From Lama glama (Eukaryota), in assembly GCA_028534125.1 (NCBI GenBank), contig CM052849.1, forward strand, positions 8,618,001 through 8,682,000: DNA of 64,000 nucleotides, in the 5' to 3' direction. A program made the position numbers and the translations under genes. This document shows, one piece after another, positions 48,961 to 62,110 of this stretch (position 1 is its first letter; each line of letters opens with the position of its first letter). Under the pieces are notes generated by a model, which searched no databases, was not told the origin of the DNA, and saw nothing but the letters and a program-made list of their open reading frames with translations.

Positions 48961-49439
48961 CAATGGCGGTTTGAGCTTGCCCAAAGTGAACCCTCAGAAT
49001 AGTAACAGGACAAGTGCTCTTACCTGCAGGCCATTTTCCACCTCCCTACATGAAGTAGATACTGGATAAATTCAAAAGGAAAGATCAGACCAACAGCGCC
49101 CAGAGGAAGGATGTCAGAACCAACTGCATATCCAAGCTGAACTGTGTCAACCTGCAAGTCATGTTGAGCTTGTGCCAGCTAGCCATTGAGCGGCATGCAC
49201 CCTTCCTCCAGTCTAGAGATGGGTCTCGGTTGCCTTGCAGCAGCCAGGAGCCAGATCCCCGTAGCCACGGTGACTGGCTCCTGGAATCCAGGCCCAAGGT
49301 CATCAGCAGTCAGCTCCCGGCATTTCCCAATCGGGGCAAAATTCACACCGTTGCTGGACTTGGGTCCGTGGTCTCTTGCCTCCTGGAGGGCAGAGCTGAG
49401 GGAAGGATGGGGGAGCCACCACTTTTTCCAGCTAAAGAG

Positions 49440-49760
49440 AAGATGTGGGGGTGGAGGGGGAGTCAGTTATGGGGGGGGTCACCCGGAAAAGCACAGTCAA
49501 TAGTGTTAATGCAGATTTAAGTTGTTGCCTTCTGCATTGGTAAGAGTTCCTAGAGACGAGGCCACCCTTTTCCTGATGCAGGAGGGAGACACCCTGCAAA
49601 GGGAGCTTCCAAGTATATTTGTAATCTTAGAAGACCCTTTGTAAAAGATTGTGCAATTTCTGCTTGGTTTTCTGTTTCTTCCATGTCTGCTGTTAAATTA
49701 CCAGCCTAAAATAATCCTTATACCAAAGAGATTGTGGGGTCACGAGTTGCACCCCTACGA
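49440..49760 (-). mobile_element. ERV1 LTR, MER34-like 5' part
   Basis: cagcctaaaataatccttataccaaag is the reverse complement of the recalled MER34 ctttggcataaggattattttgagctg; also caggagggagacacc. Confidence 0.65.
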
Positions 49761-49904
49761 GTCAATATTCATATCATCTGCACGGGTAGGTTTCAAAACT
49801 AACTCCTCATCGCAATGCCTTATGGGGCCAGGCTGGGTACCTCCCCCAGGGAAGCCCCAGATTTTATAAACGAGTTTGTATAAAAAACATTAAAAACTCA
49901 GTTT

Positions 49905-50110
49905 GCTACATGCTGGGCGTGTTCTAAGCACTTTGTTTTACTTCAGAGTGTTTTGAGGACTAAGCAAAGTGTGTTCTTCCTCATCTGTATCTAAGGCGGC
50001 TGAGGCACAGATGTGTTAAGTAACTTGTCCAAAGTCACACAGCAGGATCGTGGTCAGGCAGGAGTCTCACTCCAGCTTCCGGTCCCAGTCTAATTCCCAC
50101 ACTTGATCCT
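49905..50110 (-). mobile_element. MIR SINE
   Basis: gtgttctaagcacttt..ctgaggcacaga..gttaagtaacttgtccaaagtcacacagc. Confidence 0.8.
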
Positions 50111-51389
50111 CCTGCCTGTCACTGATGTTGAAATGTAAGTTAAAATGTAGACGTGCTCATTGCTTAATCATTGGGAAACCATTTTAATATCTACCTTCCT
50201 GTTAAGGCATGTTGAAACATGTTTCTTAAAGCTTAGGTTCCAGTTTAGCTATTGGAGGATGACCACTCCAGTTCTTGATAAAGGAGGGTACCTCCTTCCT
50301 GGCAGGGGGATTAGTTCCAAATGCAGCTTCTTTGAAAGAGAAAGCTGAGCTCGTGTTTTAAGCCTAGATGGATCGCTGTGGTAGGCGCGGCAACCCGTTG
50401 GGGAGGGGGAGGTGCTGAGAACAGCTCCCAGAAACCCTCAACTCAACCTTGAGGCAAGCCAGCATCTGTCACCTGAGACCTTAGTGACTCGAGAAGCACT
50501 TTCTATTACTGGGGTCATAAATAGGACAAGAACAGATACCAAAATGGGATCTTCCCCAGAACGGATGGGTATTTGTCAAACTTCTAAAGTACATCTTCCT
50601 GCCCAGAGAGGGACACAGATCAGGTGGTTTATAGATTCTCCCAGCTCTAACGTTTCATGATACTGATCTTGGTTGTATCCAAGTTTGGGGGGGGGGCAAG
50701 GCCGGGGGAGGGGTGTGCTTTCAAACTCACTGGGCAGCCATCCCGCAGTTCTGCCCTGTTTTACGAACCAAGAAAATTCTGGAGAAAACAGCCCCAGGTC
50801 TCACTTTACTCCACTCAGAAACCGAGCCTGAAGGCAGAACAGCCTTCGCAGGACTTCCTCACTCTCTGGAATCATCATTTGCACCTTGCAACCCCAACAG
50901 CGCCTTCCAGTCTGTACGCTGGATGAACTGAGCCCTGCTGGACCCAAGTTCATTATCGGCGGTATCTACTGTATACAGTTGTTGAGAATGGACCCTGCAG
51001 ATGTGGGACAGCTGTTTGTACTTAGCAGTTAAGTGTCCCTGCGATGCTGGCGGCCCCTGACAAAAGGCACTGTTCTTTGCAAGACATCCATCTCTCAAGG
51101 ACTTCCTAAATCAGGCCCAGATGTCTGCATGCAACTCTAATTTCTCCGTGAAGACTTCCTTCTGGAGAACTAGGTTTTTCACTAAGGTACATGCAGTAGA
51201 ATGTGGAAGCCAGCATGCACAACTCGAAGGGGAAGGATGCAAGTAGCAGCTGGGGACTAGGAACTAGAGAAACACCCTGATCATGGAAGTCAATCCTCAA
51301 ACCTATGAAGTTGATGTGTAAAATGGCCATGCTCGCTTGCCCGAGGGCACACGGCAGGTGACCGTATTGGTTTCAGAATGCCAGAGCCA

Positions 51390-51850
51390 TTGACCGAAGA
51401 CTTCTGTTCAGCCCCCAGTATCAGTTCCTGTCTTCTTCATAATAGAGCTTCCCATTTTTAATCGCATAGACATGATTACCCCAAATAGAAAAAGATTGTC
51501 TTGCAGCCAGGTGTGGCCATATCACTAACATTCTAGCAAACAGGATGTAAGTGGAATCGGTGAGCTCAGGTTGTAGGCCAAGATCTACATGACCATGGAG
51601 GCACCTTTCACTTTGCTACTGGCTGGAACTGAGACAATGGCTGGAATCGAGACAATGGCTGGAGCTCCAGCAGCCACCTTGAAACATGAGGTGACTTTAG
51701 GAACATATGCCTTGAACAGTAATAACACCGAAGGAGGTTGGGTCCCTGCATCATGGAACATCATGCCAACTCTAGATAGAATGCCTCCAGATTCTAGACA
51801 GGGAAAAGAATGATTTAAGCCACTGCTCTTTCAGGTTTAGCCATCATTAC
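51390..51850 (+). mobile_element. MaLR LTR, MLT1J-like, with an internal 18-bp tandem duplication
   Basis: ttgcagccaggtgtggccat, aggatgtaagtggaa, atggctggagctccagcagccaccttg, tttaagccactg; the unit tggctggaa..gagacaa occurs twice. Confidence 0.75.
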
Positions 51851-53099
51851 TGGCTCACCTGCACTGGCAAAAACAAGAGTACCTGCTCAGTAGATAGCCC
51901 TGGTGCCCCTTGCCAGCCACCTTCCACGTGGCTGGGTGGAAGGGTGCCAAACAAGAGGTGAAGGATTGGGGTCTCAGCAATGGTTCAGAGCACATGGAGA
52001 GGATCTGAAAAGAAAAGAGGGTAAGCCATCAAAGTTAGGTTTATGGCTTAATCTCTCTAGTCAAGTGAAAAGGGCAGACTCCACTCCTGAGTTTTTGTAT
52101 CTTTAAGAAGCTGGCTGGGGTCTTGGCTGTCCTCAGAGTGCTCAATGGCTTGTGTTGAGCACTTACGTCTCATCCAGATCAAATGTCCTGCGAGGCACGT
52201 GTTCTGACCAGATGACCCTGAGGCTCAGAGAAAGCTGTCACCTTGCCTAAGGCCACTCAGCTCCTGGTAGAGCCGGGCTTTTGATCCCATCCCTCGACCC
52301 CTGAAAGCTGTGCTTTTAACCACAGGCTGTACCCAAGTGCAACCCCGGGTTCACCCACCTCAGTACTTGTCTCCAGTGGGTAAGCACAGAAGCATTCCTC
52401 CCCTGTGTCTGAGTCCTGCGTGGGGACAAGTCTGGGGGGCACTGTTTCTGAAGCTAAGGGAGGCAAGGTTTTGGGCAAGAGGGTGTTGAATTGCATCTTG
52501 GAAGGTGCTTTGGCTGTAAGATTTCACTTTGGGGAGCAACACAGGGCAGAGAGCTACTTTTTTACAAGGCACACGGCCAAGGCAGGAGCCAAGCACCTCG
52601 AGTTTCTGGCTCCCCGAGTCTCCGTTGTCTGAAAACTAAAGAGGTCATACAGCCCAGGAGGTCAAGGATGGATCAGATACCACACCAAGTGCTCTAACAG
52701 GTCTAAGGCTGGCGTTCCCCTGAAATCATCATGGGACTGTTCGCTCTGCCAGCACTTAGACAACTTAGATCTAATTCTAGTGGCTAACACCCAACCTCTC
52801 TCTCCCGGGGATTTGTGCACACACCGCCCCCGCCCCAACGTTGTGTCCGGCCTCTGAGCAACCAGCTTTGATGGAGTCTACCTCTCCATCTCCAGCAGCT
52901 CCCGGGAGGAGGAAAGGGCACTGCAAGTCCCAAAGCACAGGGGCAGAGAAGCAGGTGCACAAGCTATTGGGCAACAGACACCAGGCCTGGCCCACATCCT
53001 CCGCGTACATCCTCATCTTTGCAATCACTTCATCTGAGAGGGACATTTAAAGCAGTTGGCCCTGTTCAGAGCAAGAGTCCAGATTTAAGTTTTAACTTT

Positions 53100-53520
53100 G
53101 AAGGGAACATTGAGAACGCTGTAGAAGACGGGGCGCGGGCCTGAGAAGATGCTGGAGAAACAGGGCTGTGCTCACTCTGGCGCGGGGGATGGGGTTGACG
53201 CGGCCACCGGGAAGAGCGGCAATTTCCAGGGTTCTGCCCTCTCGGCCCAAGTGCCTTCTTAGATTAGTCCCGGACAGGCCTCGGGGGGAAATTACACGTA
53301 AGTGTTCAATTTCTCCTTCCGCAGCAGCTTGGGGCTGGGAAATTGTTTCTCCCCCGCAGCCTCTCCACACCCACAGCTGCGGCTCCTCTTCCTGTCAATG
53401 CGTTGCCAACAGGTTGGAAATGAGTGTGTTTCCTGCGCACGGCTGTCTGGGGGCAGGGGGCAGGGTGGTCCACGTGGGCGCCCGCTCTTAACCCGGGAGA
53501 GCGCGATCGCCGGGCCGACA
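53100..53520. promoter_or_regulatory. Small CpG island-like segment
   Basis: About 29 CpGs in about 420 bp by hand count, GC-rich and not obviously repeat-derived. Confidence 0.6.
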
Positions 53521-53599
53521 CATTAGGCATTGCCTGCCATCTGTCCATCTAGGGTTTCTGACGATGAAAGGGGAGATGGGGGGATGGAAAGCCGAGGGG

Positions 53600-53780
53600 A
53601 GTCTGAACTCAGCTGAGCCCCTCTGCTTTATAAGCCACAGGAGGAAGTGCTGGGACCCTGGACGTGTGCCCTGAAGCAGAGGATTGCACCCCTGATTTGT
53701 AGCCTTCCCTCCGCCCAGAGGATGTGCGGAGAGCTTGGATAATGGCACACCTCCTGGCTATGACTTCCCCCGCCCGTCCA
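53600..53780 (-). promoter_or_regulatory. Candidate RNA Pol II core promoter (TATA + Inr)
   Basis: Minus-strand TATAAAG at 53632-53626; Inr TCAGACT with its A at 53604 (28 nt downstream); GAGGAAGT at 53641-53648; GC box/ETS at 53761-53775. Confidence 0.5.
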
Positions 53781-56029
53781 AGTTTGCTCCTTTCCTTACG
53801 GCTTCTATGCCTGCGTGGGCTGAGTCTTGCAGGGTGTAAGGTCAGGGGTGGGATGGGAGACAGTTCAGCACATCCTAAAGTTGACTCTTTTGTCCAATGA
53901 TACTTCCATCGGCTTAAGCCATTTGAAGTGACCCAGGCAATCGCCACCAGCACCAAACAGACAATAGATCTCCTTTCAAAAGCCTCAAAAGCCAAATCCT
54001 ACACTCTGCACATTTCATCTAACTATTCCTTGCTCCAGGAAACCTTTGTTGACATTCTGCCATCGAGTTTCAGGGACCAGGAAGCGCCTCCCGGAGTTCC
54101 CATAGCATTCTTGACCCCTAAAGCATCTGTCCAACTATAATACCCATCTCCCTGTAGACTGAACTTTGTGACGTCAAGGGTGTTGTGGCTCCTTCGTCAC
54201 TTACGTGAGTACTGGGGTACCAGCAACCAGGTACACGCCCTCATTTCAGCCCTGCAAATCTAAGGTAGGTCATTTTCCTGTTTACAGATGAAAGAGAGGC
54301 CCCAGCTCGAAGCAAACAGATCCTTGAAGACAGAATGGAGTTAGAAGGGGGTCGTAGATCATGAGAGCCAACCATTAGTGTTTATGGGGAACTTTGCTCC
54401 ATGAAGAATTGTGCAATTGTGGACCATTTCACAGCCAGGCGACTGTCCCAAGACATCTTCCCTTCGATGGGAGTGTTCTCATTGGCTGAATTTCTGAAGC
54501 ATTTCTAACTCCAAGACTTACGTCTATAATGGTTTCTGTAGGGAAAGCTGACGTCCCTAAAGGAATTACCCTGAAAACATGGGATTTCATGAGGATGTTG
54601 ACAAGACAACTCAAAGATATGGTCTAATCCATGTTTTCAGGAACACATTCAAGGTTGACTCAAAGGACACTCATGGATCAGGTTCAGTAACGTTACCCAC
54701 CCCCTTGTTTATCCAGCAGAGTACTCAGCATTAAATCGTAGGGCTTAGATAAGACTGGTCTGAAAAATTCAGTCGCGTCAATTGACTTAAGGCAGCTTTA
54801 ACTTTTTAGCTAGCAAAGGAGCCTTTTTAGAGAGTAAACATGCAGCTAGTAAAGAGTTTCCTCCCCTTGCAACGGCAAATCCAAATCCTCAAGGCTCTAC
54901 TGACATTGCTTATGGAAACTGTGGCCTTGGCATTCTGTTGAGGGATGATTTACTTTGGGGCTAGGCTGCTGGGCCCTCAAGGCTCGGGTTTCTTTAAATA
55001 AGTGACCAGTAAACAGAAGCTGTCATGTCGACCTGTCTCATTCTGTTTTGTTTCTCCAAACGGAGTCTCCACCCTTTTGAGGGTTACACCATGTCCCAGG
55101 ATGACAACTTCACGAGCTGCCTCTTCCTCCGCCCGCCTTCGCAGCAAATCCAAGGCATCGGAAAGAGATGGGCAGAAGAGAGGACAAAATCTGGAACTTA
55201 TTCTCCCCATTCCTTTTTCCAGGCCTCGGGAAGGGAGAATTGGCTTCTCCTAAAACTAAATCCCCAGCTGCTGGGCCTCCCCTACGGTTACACAGCTGTC
55301 ACTGGTGTCGACACCCAGAGGTGGCAGCGGCTCCCATCACTAGGCTGCGAGCGTTCTGCTTTCTCTTGTTAGCTTCCTTAACTCTGCTCACGCCTCCCTA
55401 CAAGATCTATTAAGTTGTTTTCAATGAAACCCTCTAGGTGTACCAGCTGCTTCTTGCCCAGATCCCAAGTGACACACCCCCTCAGGATGAGCTCCATCAT
55501 GTGCCCAACCTGGTGCAAAGCGAAATCGTGGGCTCCTTGCTCCAAAATTAATCTCAAATCTGCCAACATCAAAGTATTAAGGACAGGGCTCTAAAGCACT
55601 CAACACTTTGGGACCCAAGGTTGGGTACGCTCAAAGCTAGTCCTGCATCTGCACAAACGGGAGGGTTTTCCCTCCCAGGTCAAGGCTACACAGGGCCGCA
55701 TGAGAGGGATGCTTAAGGGCCCCCTGTGGCTTGTTGGCAGAATTATCCACCTGTCATGCAGTTGGTCTCCCCTGTTAGGCAAGGAGGAACCAACGCTTGC
55801 CCAGGACTGACGGCAAGCATGGGCAAGGCCGGTGGTCGGCTCTCTTCATTCACGAGGGGCTGGAACTACAGATGCCGGTGTGCTCCTGCCACAGAAGGCA
55901 GATTTCCCAGAGTCCCTGGTGCTGAAGGCTTCGGTAGTAACAGCTGACAAGAATCCAAGACCCGAGTTCTTGCTCAGTATTCGTACCGTTCTCTGCTGAG
56001 CATTTAAATGTGTTCCAAGTTCGTTGGAC

Positions 56030-56140
56030 CCCAAATGGGCAGCCCTATTTCACAGATGGGAAGACTGAGGCACACAGACAGGAAGTGACATGTTTGAGTT
56101 CACATGGGCCGTATTTATGGGAACCGAGACCTCGGGACAG
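56030..56140 (-). mobile_element. MIR SINE
   Basis: cctatttcacagatgggaagactgaggcacacaga. Confidence 0.75.
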
Positions 56141-56449
56141 TTCCCCAAATAAGTGTTTGACAGCAATTAAGTGCCAGTTACTGAGCTCAGCACTTCATTC
56201 ATTGCTAATCATCACATCTCAGAGGATAGTATGTGGCAGCTTTGAAATCAGGACTTTCCAATCTGCATCCACTAGAAACTTAGCAGCCATGGCCATCAGC
56301 CAACTGAAGTGAGAGAGTCATTACTGTCTTTGAACCGAGGCCACCCTCCCTGTGAGCTGCTCCTGGCCAGTGACTGCCCTGCACGGACACTTAAGTGAGC
56401 CTTTTCTTGAGAGTCACGGGAGACTATGGCTCAAGGACTCCCTGTGTCC

Positions 56450-56560
56450 TTTTAGAAGAGGCATAAGAGGCTCAGAGAGGTTAGGCATTTGCCCAAGGTA
56501 ACACAGCACTTAAATAGTCGAACCTAGAATTTCTGACTCTAGAGCGTGTGGTTTCATTGC
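56450..56560 (-). mobile_element. MIR SINE
   Basis: gaggctcagagaggttaggcatttgcccaaggtaacacagc..tctgactctagagc. Confidence 0.8.
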
Positions 56561-58009
56561 TCTAAGTCACAGCAATTCTGGTTTGGCCATAGCCAGCCAG
56601 GCAAAATTCTTTGCTACAACTAAGATTTCTCAACCTCTCGGGCATTGGGGAAGCTAGCAACTCCTAGAACTTAGGGCTGTTGGTTTACCAAGAGTGATAG
56701 CCCAGAAGAATTTCCTACAAGGATCACCCTTCACTTCTGGATTCTCAGGTGTGTTCTGATGAGCACATCCCTCACTGGGCAGGCCTGTTGAAGAGTCTGT
56801 TAGCATTTATTCATCCTACTGTAAAACTGAAGTTGGTGCAGAAAGAAAACACAGTCCAGCCTTCTGCCTCCATATAGATTTTTCACCGCCACAGACGAAA
56901 CTGGATTTTTAAGCTTGCTTGTGGCCCTGAAACTGGACTTTCCATACTAGATCTTTCTAGTGCAAACCCCTTAAGTCTAATGTTTTCCCCTCTTGTATTC
57001 TAGAAATAGGTAGCCAAAAGAAAGACATTGCCTCTCATTGCATACTATGAAATCATAGCATAGCCTGGAGGAGTATGACATCCCCAACCCCCTGTTCAAA
57101 GTCCAAACAAGGTTCTACTCAGAAGAAAGCAAAGTACGTCTCTGGGCACCCATGTAGGGTGATGACCAGAATAACAAGGTGAATAAACTAAGGTGCAGCC
57201 GGAATTCATAGCTTGCTGCTTTTTATACACACACGAAGGGATCTTTCTGTACATGGAAGATTCCAAGATGTTTCTATCTCAGCAGCTTCCAGGCTAGGAG
57301 AAGAATTTCATCTTGCAACACCACTTTTGGAATTTTACCATGCCTGTGTGTTACTTTGACAGAGTCTAAGGAATTATGCATAATCCTTTGATAAATAACT
57401 GGGAGGTTTTTGTGCAATTCAACCTCCAAGTATTTCCTCGTATGTAATTGCTGACTGTCTAGTACTGGCCAGAGTTGACCCAAAAAACCATCACCTGCCT
57501 GACCCTGAAAGAGCCCTTCATTCTCGTGCTTTTTGGATGCACGTGTTTACCTGGGCCTGAGGGGGCTTTCCGACTGGCTGTTGCTCTGGGTCTAAACATC
57601 CTGCGTTCATTTGCCATCTCACAGTTGCAGCCGTTTCCAAGGGATTAAGACTCTCACCTTTGGACCTTCTCACACCATGCTAGGTGTGTTCTAATCATCA
57701 CGGCAGGCCCCGGCTGTCACGCTTCATTACTTAAATATATTATCATGGCCTGGCCTTGGCCAGTATGGTGGGATTAAAGCAATAAAACTATATGGACAAG
57801 TGGCCAGCGTTAGAGCCTGTTCTTACCCAGAACGGCTGTGGGTAATGGCACACAGCTGCCGGGCCAGGCGCCGGCCTCCCACCCCCACTTCCTCTCCGCA
57901 CAGCCCCTGCCCCACTTGCGAGGCAGCTGCTTCTGCCCTCTATCAGCAGGGCCTTGGATTGGTCCAGCTCTGAGCGCACTTGGCAACGAAGATCCTCAAG
58001 ATGGAGACT

Positions 58010-58022
58010 GTTGCCTAGCAAC
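58010..58022. promoter_or_regulatory. RFX X-box motif
   Basis: GTTGCCTAGCAAC, a canonical X-box inverted repeat, near a GC box and an ETS motif. Confidence 0.55.
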
Positions 58023-58969
58023 ACACCGCTTGGGCTTCTCTGACTCCCGAAGGTCCTGGGCGGGGCTGCTCATCTACCTGTATTCCTATTGCTACCACTT
58101 TTACACACATCCATGGCTATAGAATTTAACAGATTAGACCTCTGTGGCATGGGGAGGTCAGCTATTAGCCTGGTACATGTGCGAAGTGTTACTGCGGAGT
58201 GTAGACTACATTTCCCCGTTTTGATCATCGTATTGTGGCAAGAGAGACTGCACTTCAGAACTGCACACAGCGTTTTTTAGAGAAAAAGGGCACAAGAGCT
58301 CCAATTTTACCTAATGGCTCAGAAAAAACTTCAGAGGAGAGGGAGTAAATGGGGCAAAACAAACAGCTCCAATCAGGGTAAACAGAACTGTTGTATTTTC
58401 ATAGCTTTTAAGATGACATGTGTCAAAGTTGTAAAAATAGTAGTACATTAATTATGTAGAACCCCCCCTTTTTTTTTGCTTTATACTAATAGAAATGCTA
58501 AGTAGAAAGCCATTGTGCACTTTCAGACTTGAGCAGTGGTCATCTCAAGGATGCGGATTCCCTGAGAACTATAGTCCATGCTGTGAATTGCTGAACTGTT
58601 TGGAATATGTGAATTGTTAGATAGGAAGGTTTTTAAATTTTTATGTATTTATTTATTTTTTTATTAAAAGCAGCACATTTAAACCCGATCCTTTAAGATA
58701 TCAGCCATGAACTCAGGCTCAGGCTCACCACCTTGTCATCACAGGCTTGTGGCTCAAGAAACTCAGGACTGCCTGGAGGGCAAGGTTTCCATCCATTTCC
58801 CTAGGTTTTGGACTGGGTCACCTGCTCACTCTAGACCATGAGCTACATACGTGCACTGCCCTCCTCAGTCCCCAAGAGAATGTTCTTCCCAGAAGTTCTT
58901 GGTCTTGACATCTATTGAGAGAACCGCTTATGTCACAGAAACACAATGCAGAACAAGGGAGGAAGCAGT

Positions 58970-59150
58970 AGATAAAACACGGGCTTGGAATCCAGCAGAC
59001 CTGGAGCTGGGTGTTCTTCCGTTTCCTCTCTGAGCTCACAGAGCACTTAAGCTGGTTTTCTCCACTGTAAAATGGAGATATTAAAACCCACCTCATGTCT
59101 TGTGGATTCATGAGCCAAGGCAGCAGCTCAATGCATAACATGTTAGAAGA
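58970..59150 (+). mobile_element. MIR SINE
   Basis: gggcttggaatccagcagacctgg..ttttctccactgtaaaatggagata..cacctcat. Confidence 0.7.
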
Positions 59151-60539
59151 GCAGTTATTACAAATACTGGTCCACCTTGTGGCTCTTGGCATCAGGGTGA
59201 TCTTGCTTCTTCTGAGAGGGACTGAGTTCAACTTAGAACTAGTATTGGTCTCCGTAAACTATGCTTTTGGCCGACAGGCAGCGTGGAACCAAGTTGGTAA
59301 CCCTTGGGGGTTATTTATGGACCGTATCTGCGTGCTTCACACCTCCGAGATTTAATTCATTTTACTTCTGCTCCACGCATTCATTTTGAGGGTTTTTCCA
59401 AGGAGATCAAGAGTGGCAAGCACTTCCAATGCGTCCAAGTATGAAGAAGGAGTTGGCCCTCTCCCACGTTTTGCCGTTTCCAAACCCCTGCAGGTAGGTT
59501 TGATCACCGGTATCAACCTGGCATGTCTCCACAGCTTTCTCTAATTATGTCAAAAATATGTCTGACTTTGGCTTCGTAAGAAAGGAAAGATTGAATGATT
59601 GGAAACCCAAGGCTCAGACAGAAGGTTTGACAGAATGGTTGATTACTTAGAAAAATAAATCCAGCCTGTATGGAGTTGACACTAGCAAGCGGGTCAGGTT
59701 CAGGAGCACGTAGGTAGATGGGAGAATCCGACCAGAAGTCCAGAGACATGACATGAGCAGCCGTCATGCATGACTCTGGATGTGATTTCACTTCAGAGCA
59801 TGGTTCTCATCTATAAAAATATCACTTGACACCCCACCTAAGATTTTCATGAATCTCTCAGGAGCTAAGACAGTCCAGTCTGTACTGAGACCTGGACAAG
59901 CAACCCTTGGGTATGTCTCAGCACGTTTTTCCCAGTAAGGAAAACAGACAGAAAGAGGCTGGGAAACACTGGTCTACACAACCGACCGGAGAGATTTAAC
60001 ATGAGGAAGCTGAAGATGGAAAATATCTCAGACGCAAACGTGAAAGACAGCAAAAAACAGTCCATTAGGGGGGAAACAAACCACATTGTTGGAATTGTTT
60101 TAAAACAAGAGTCTAGAGAATACAGGGGAGATTTACCCTGGGTCCCAGGGAACAGCACCCCAGTAACCCAACCAGCCTCTCCCAACTCTCACTGTGCTTT
60201 AAAAAAGTCAGTGGTGCCCAGAATTTAAGTCAGGTTGTGAGTTCAAACCATTAGCCTTATTGGTTAGAGGTGAGGTTGTATTAACTAAGATACCCCTGTC
60301 ATGGGGGTTCACAGCCATCCATCAGGGGAATTGATTAGGTCAGTTCGAAGTGAAGACCAAAGTTGGGAGCCAGGTTGAGTTGGAACTTGAAGGGTACAGT
60401 GGCGTGGTCAATGCTTCAGTCCCTCAGCTCAAGATCTGGACATCACTCAAGTTTCCTCATTGGCAAGACCTTCCTGCTCGAGCTGTCAGTTTCAGAGAAC
60501 TTCACTGACCCCCGAGTCTGTTCTGTGACTCACCCCCCA

Positions 60540-60910
60540 GATGTCTGTCTACACTCTGCTGCCGCCACCCCCACCACTGCCATTTATTTTTCCAGCCTCA
60601 TGCTGGTTCCCCCAACAACTCTCCACTTCAGTCACACGGGCCTCCTTGTTCTGCCTGAAGCCCTCCCCACCCTTCTGTTTCAGCTCAGTGTACCTCCCCA
60701 TAGTTGCTCTGTGAATTCCCATAGGTCAGATCTGCTGCTCAGAGGCCCCTTAGCACTACCTGTCTGTCCTTCACAGACTTGTCACAGTTACAGCTTGGGA
60801 TTTGTCTGTGACGTATTTGCTTCCTGCTAATATGTGTGCACTGAGAACACAAATATCCATGACCCACTGAGCCTGGCATGTAGTGATGCTCCAATTGAAA
60901 AGTGATTGTC
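60540..60910 (+). mobile_element. L2 LINE 3' end
   Basis: ctccacttcagtcacacgggcctcctt..ctcagaggccc..gcctggcatgtagtgatgctccaat. Confidence 0.65.
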
Positions 60911-61839
60911 ATAAAGAAGCCAGAAGTCCCCATTTCTAGTCTCAACATTGCCTTTTTTTTTCTAAACCAGGAAAGTCCCTGCAGGGGGATAGAAATGACT
61001 GCCTTTATATAGAACTCTGGGTTCCAGGTAGGTTTCTGGTGTCTTGGCTTCAATTTCCTAACTCCATGTGAGCATGCAGTCTCATGGTATTAGACCAGGG
61101 ATGTAGGCATATTGCCATCTACCTACCCACTCCTCCCACAGGGGGTCAAATGAGATTTGGTGCCATGAATAGGTGATAAGCAATACAAGACAGGCTGTTA
61201 ATCAAAAGCATCAGTATATAAGAGTCCAATATTGAGTTGGGGCACTGAACGGCGTTTTCCTTAAACTCACTTTAGACCGTAGTAGCTCCTGTTCTCACCC
61301 ATCCTCTGATCTGGTCCCTGTTTTGAGAGCAGGGAGTGAGCGCACACACACTACTCGCCTAGTGGAAGGTGGAACCTAAGATCTTTCCAGGGAGGGTTGA
61401 TTTCCCATAAAGTTTCTTCCACCAGGGATGGAGGTCTGGGGTCCTGGGGGTGGACTGGCAGGAAGGAGATGAACATCTGAAGGAGACTGAGAGCTGATTA
61501 AAGGAGAAGTGTGGGCAAGCCTGCCTTTAGGAGGCCTACCACTTTGAAGGGAGGTCAAGTGTCACAGAGCGGAATGACTACAGGGACGTCTGTGGAAGGA
61601 AGACTCCAAGCAGTGCTTCTGACCTGGGATGGCCCCTGGATCCAGGTTTTTCCAGTCGTAGAATTCAGAGTGTTCAAGAAGGTTGCTTGAGGCCATTCTA
61701 GCTTGGACTCTGAGCTGTTTACTGTCCCCACTGGAAACAGTCTCGTACTTTTCCTCATTAAAAGGAAAGCCCTTTGTGTTCCAGGACAAGCCCACCTTGC
61801 TTTCCATCTTCAGAGCTAACAACTCATGACCCATGATTC

Positions 61840-62110
61840 ATGCTTCACAAATGTTCTTTTATGGTCCCAGGAGCCCATCCAGGATACTATACTGTGCTTA
61901 GATGTCATGGCTCCATCTCCTCTGATTTTTGACAATTTCTCAGTCTTTCCCCATCTTGTGGCCTTGCTGCTTTGGAGTTCTGGTCAGCTCCCTTGCAGAA
62001 TGCCCCGCAACATGGGCTTGCCCGACGGAGGTTGTGCTTTTTGGGCAAGACATTACAGAAGGGACGCTGTACCCTCAGCGCCTCCTTATCAGGAAACATG
62101 ACGTCGTGAT
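61840..62110 (-). mobile_element. L1MC-type LINE-1 fragment
   Basis: ccaggagcccatccaggatac, caatttctcagtctttcc, ttctggtcag..tgcagaatgcccc, tttttgggcaagacattacagaag. Confidence 0.75.

Noticed and set aside
60225-60340. tRNA-Ile/MamSINE1-like trace (ttggttagag..gggttc)
   Set aside because: Too degenerate to call without an HMM search.
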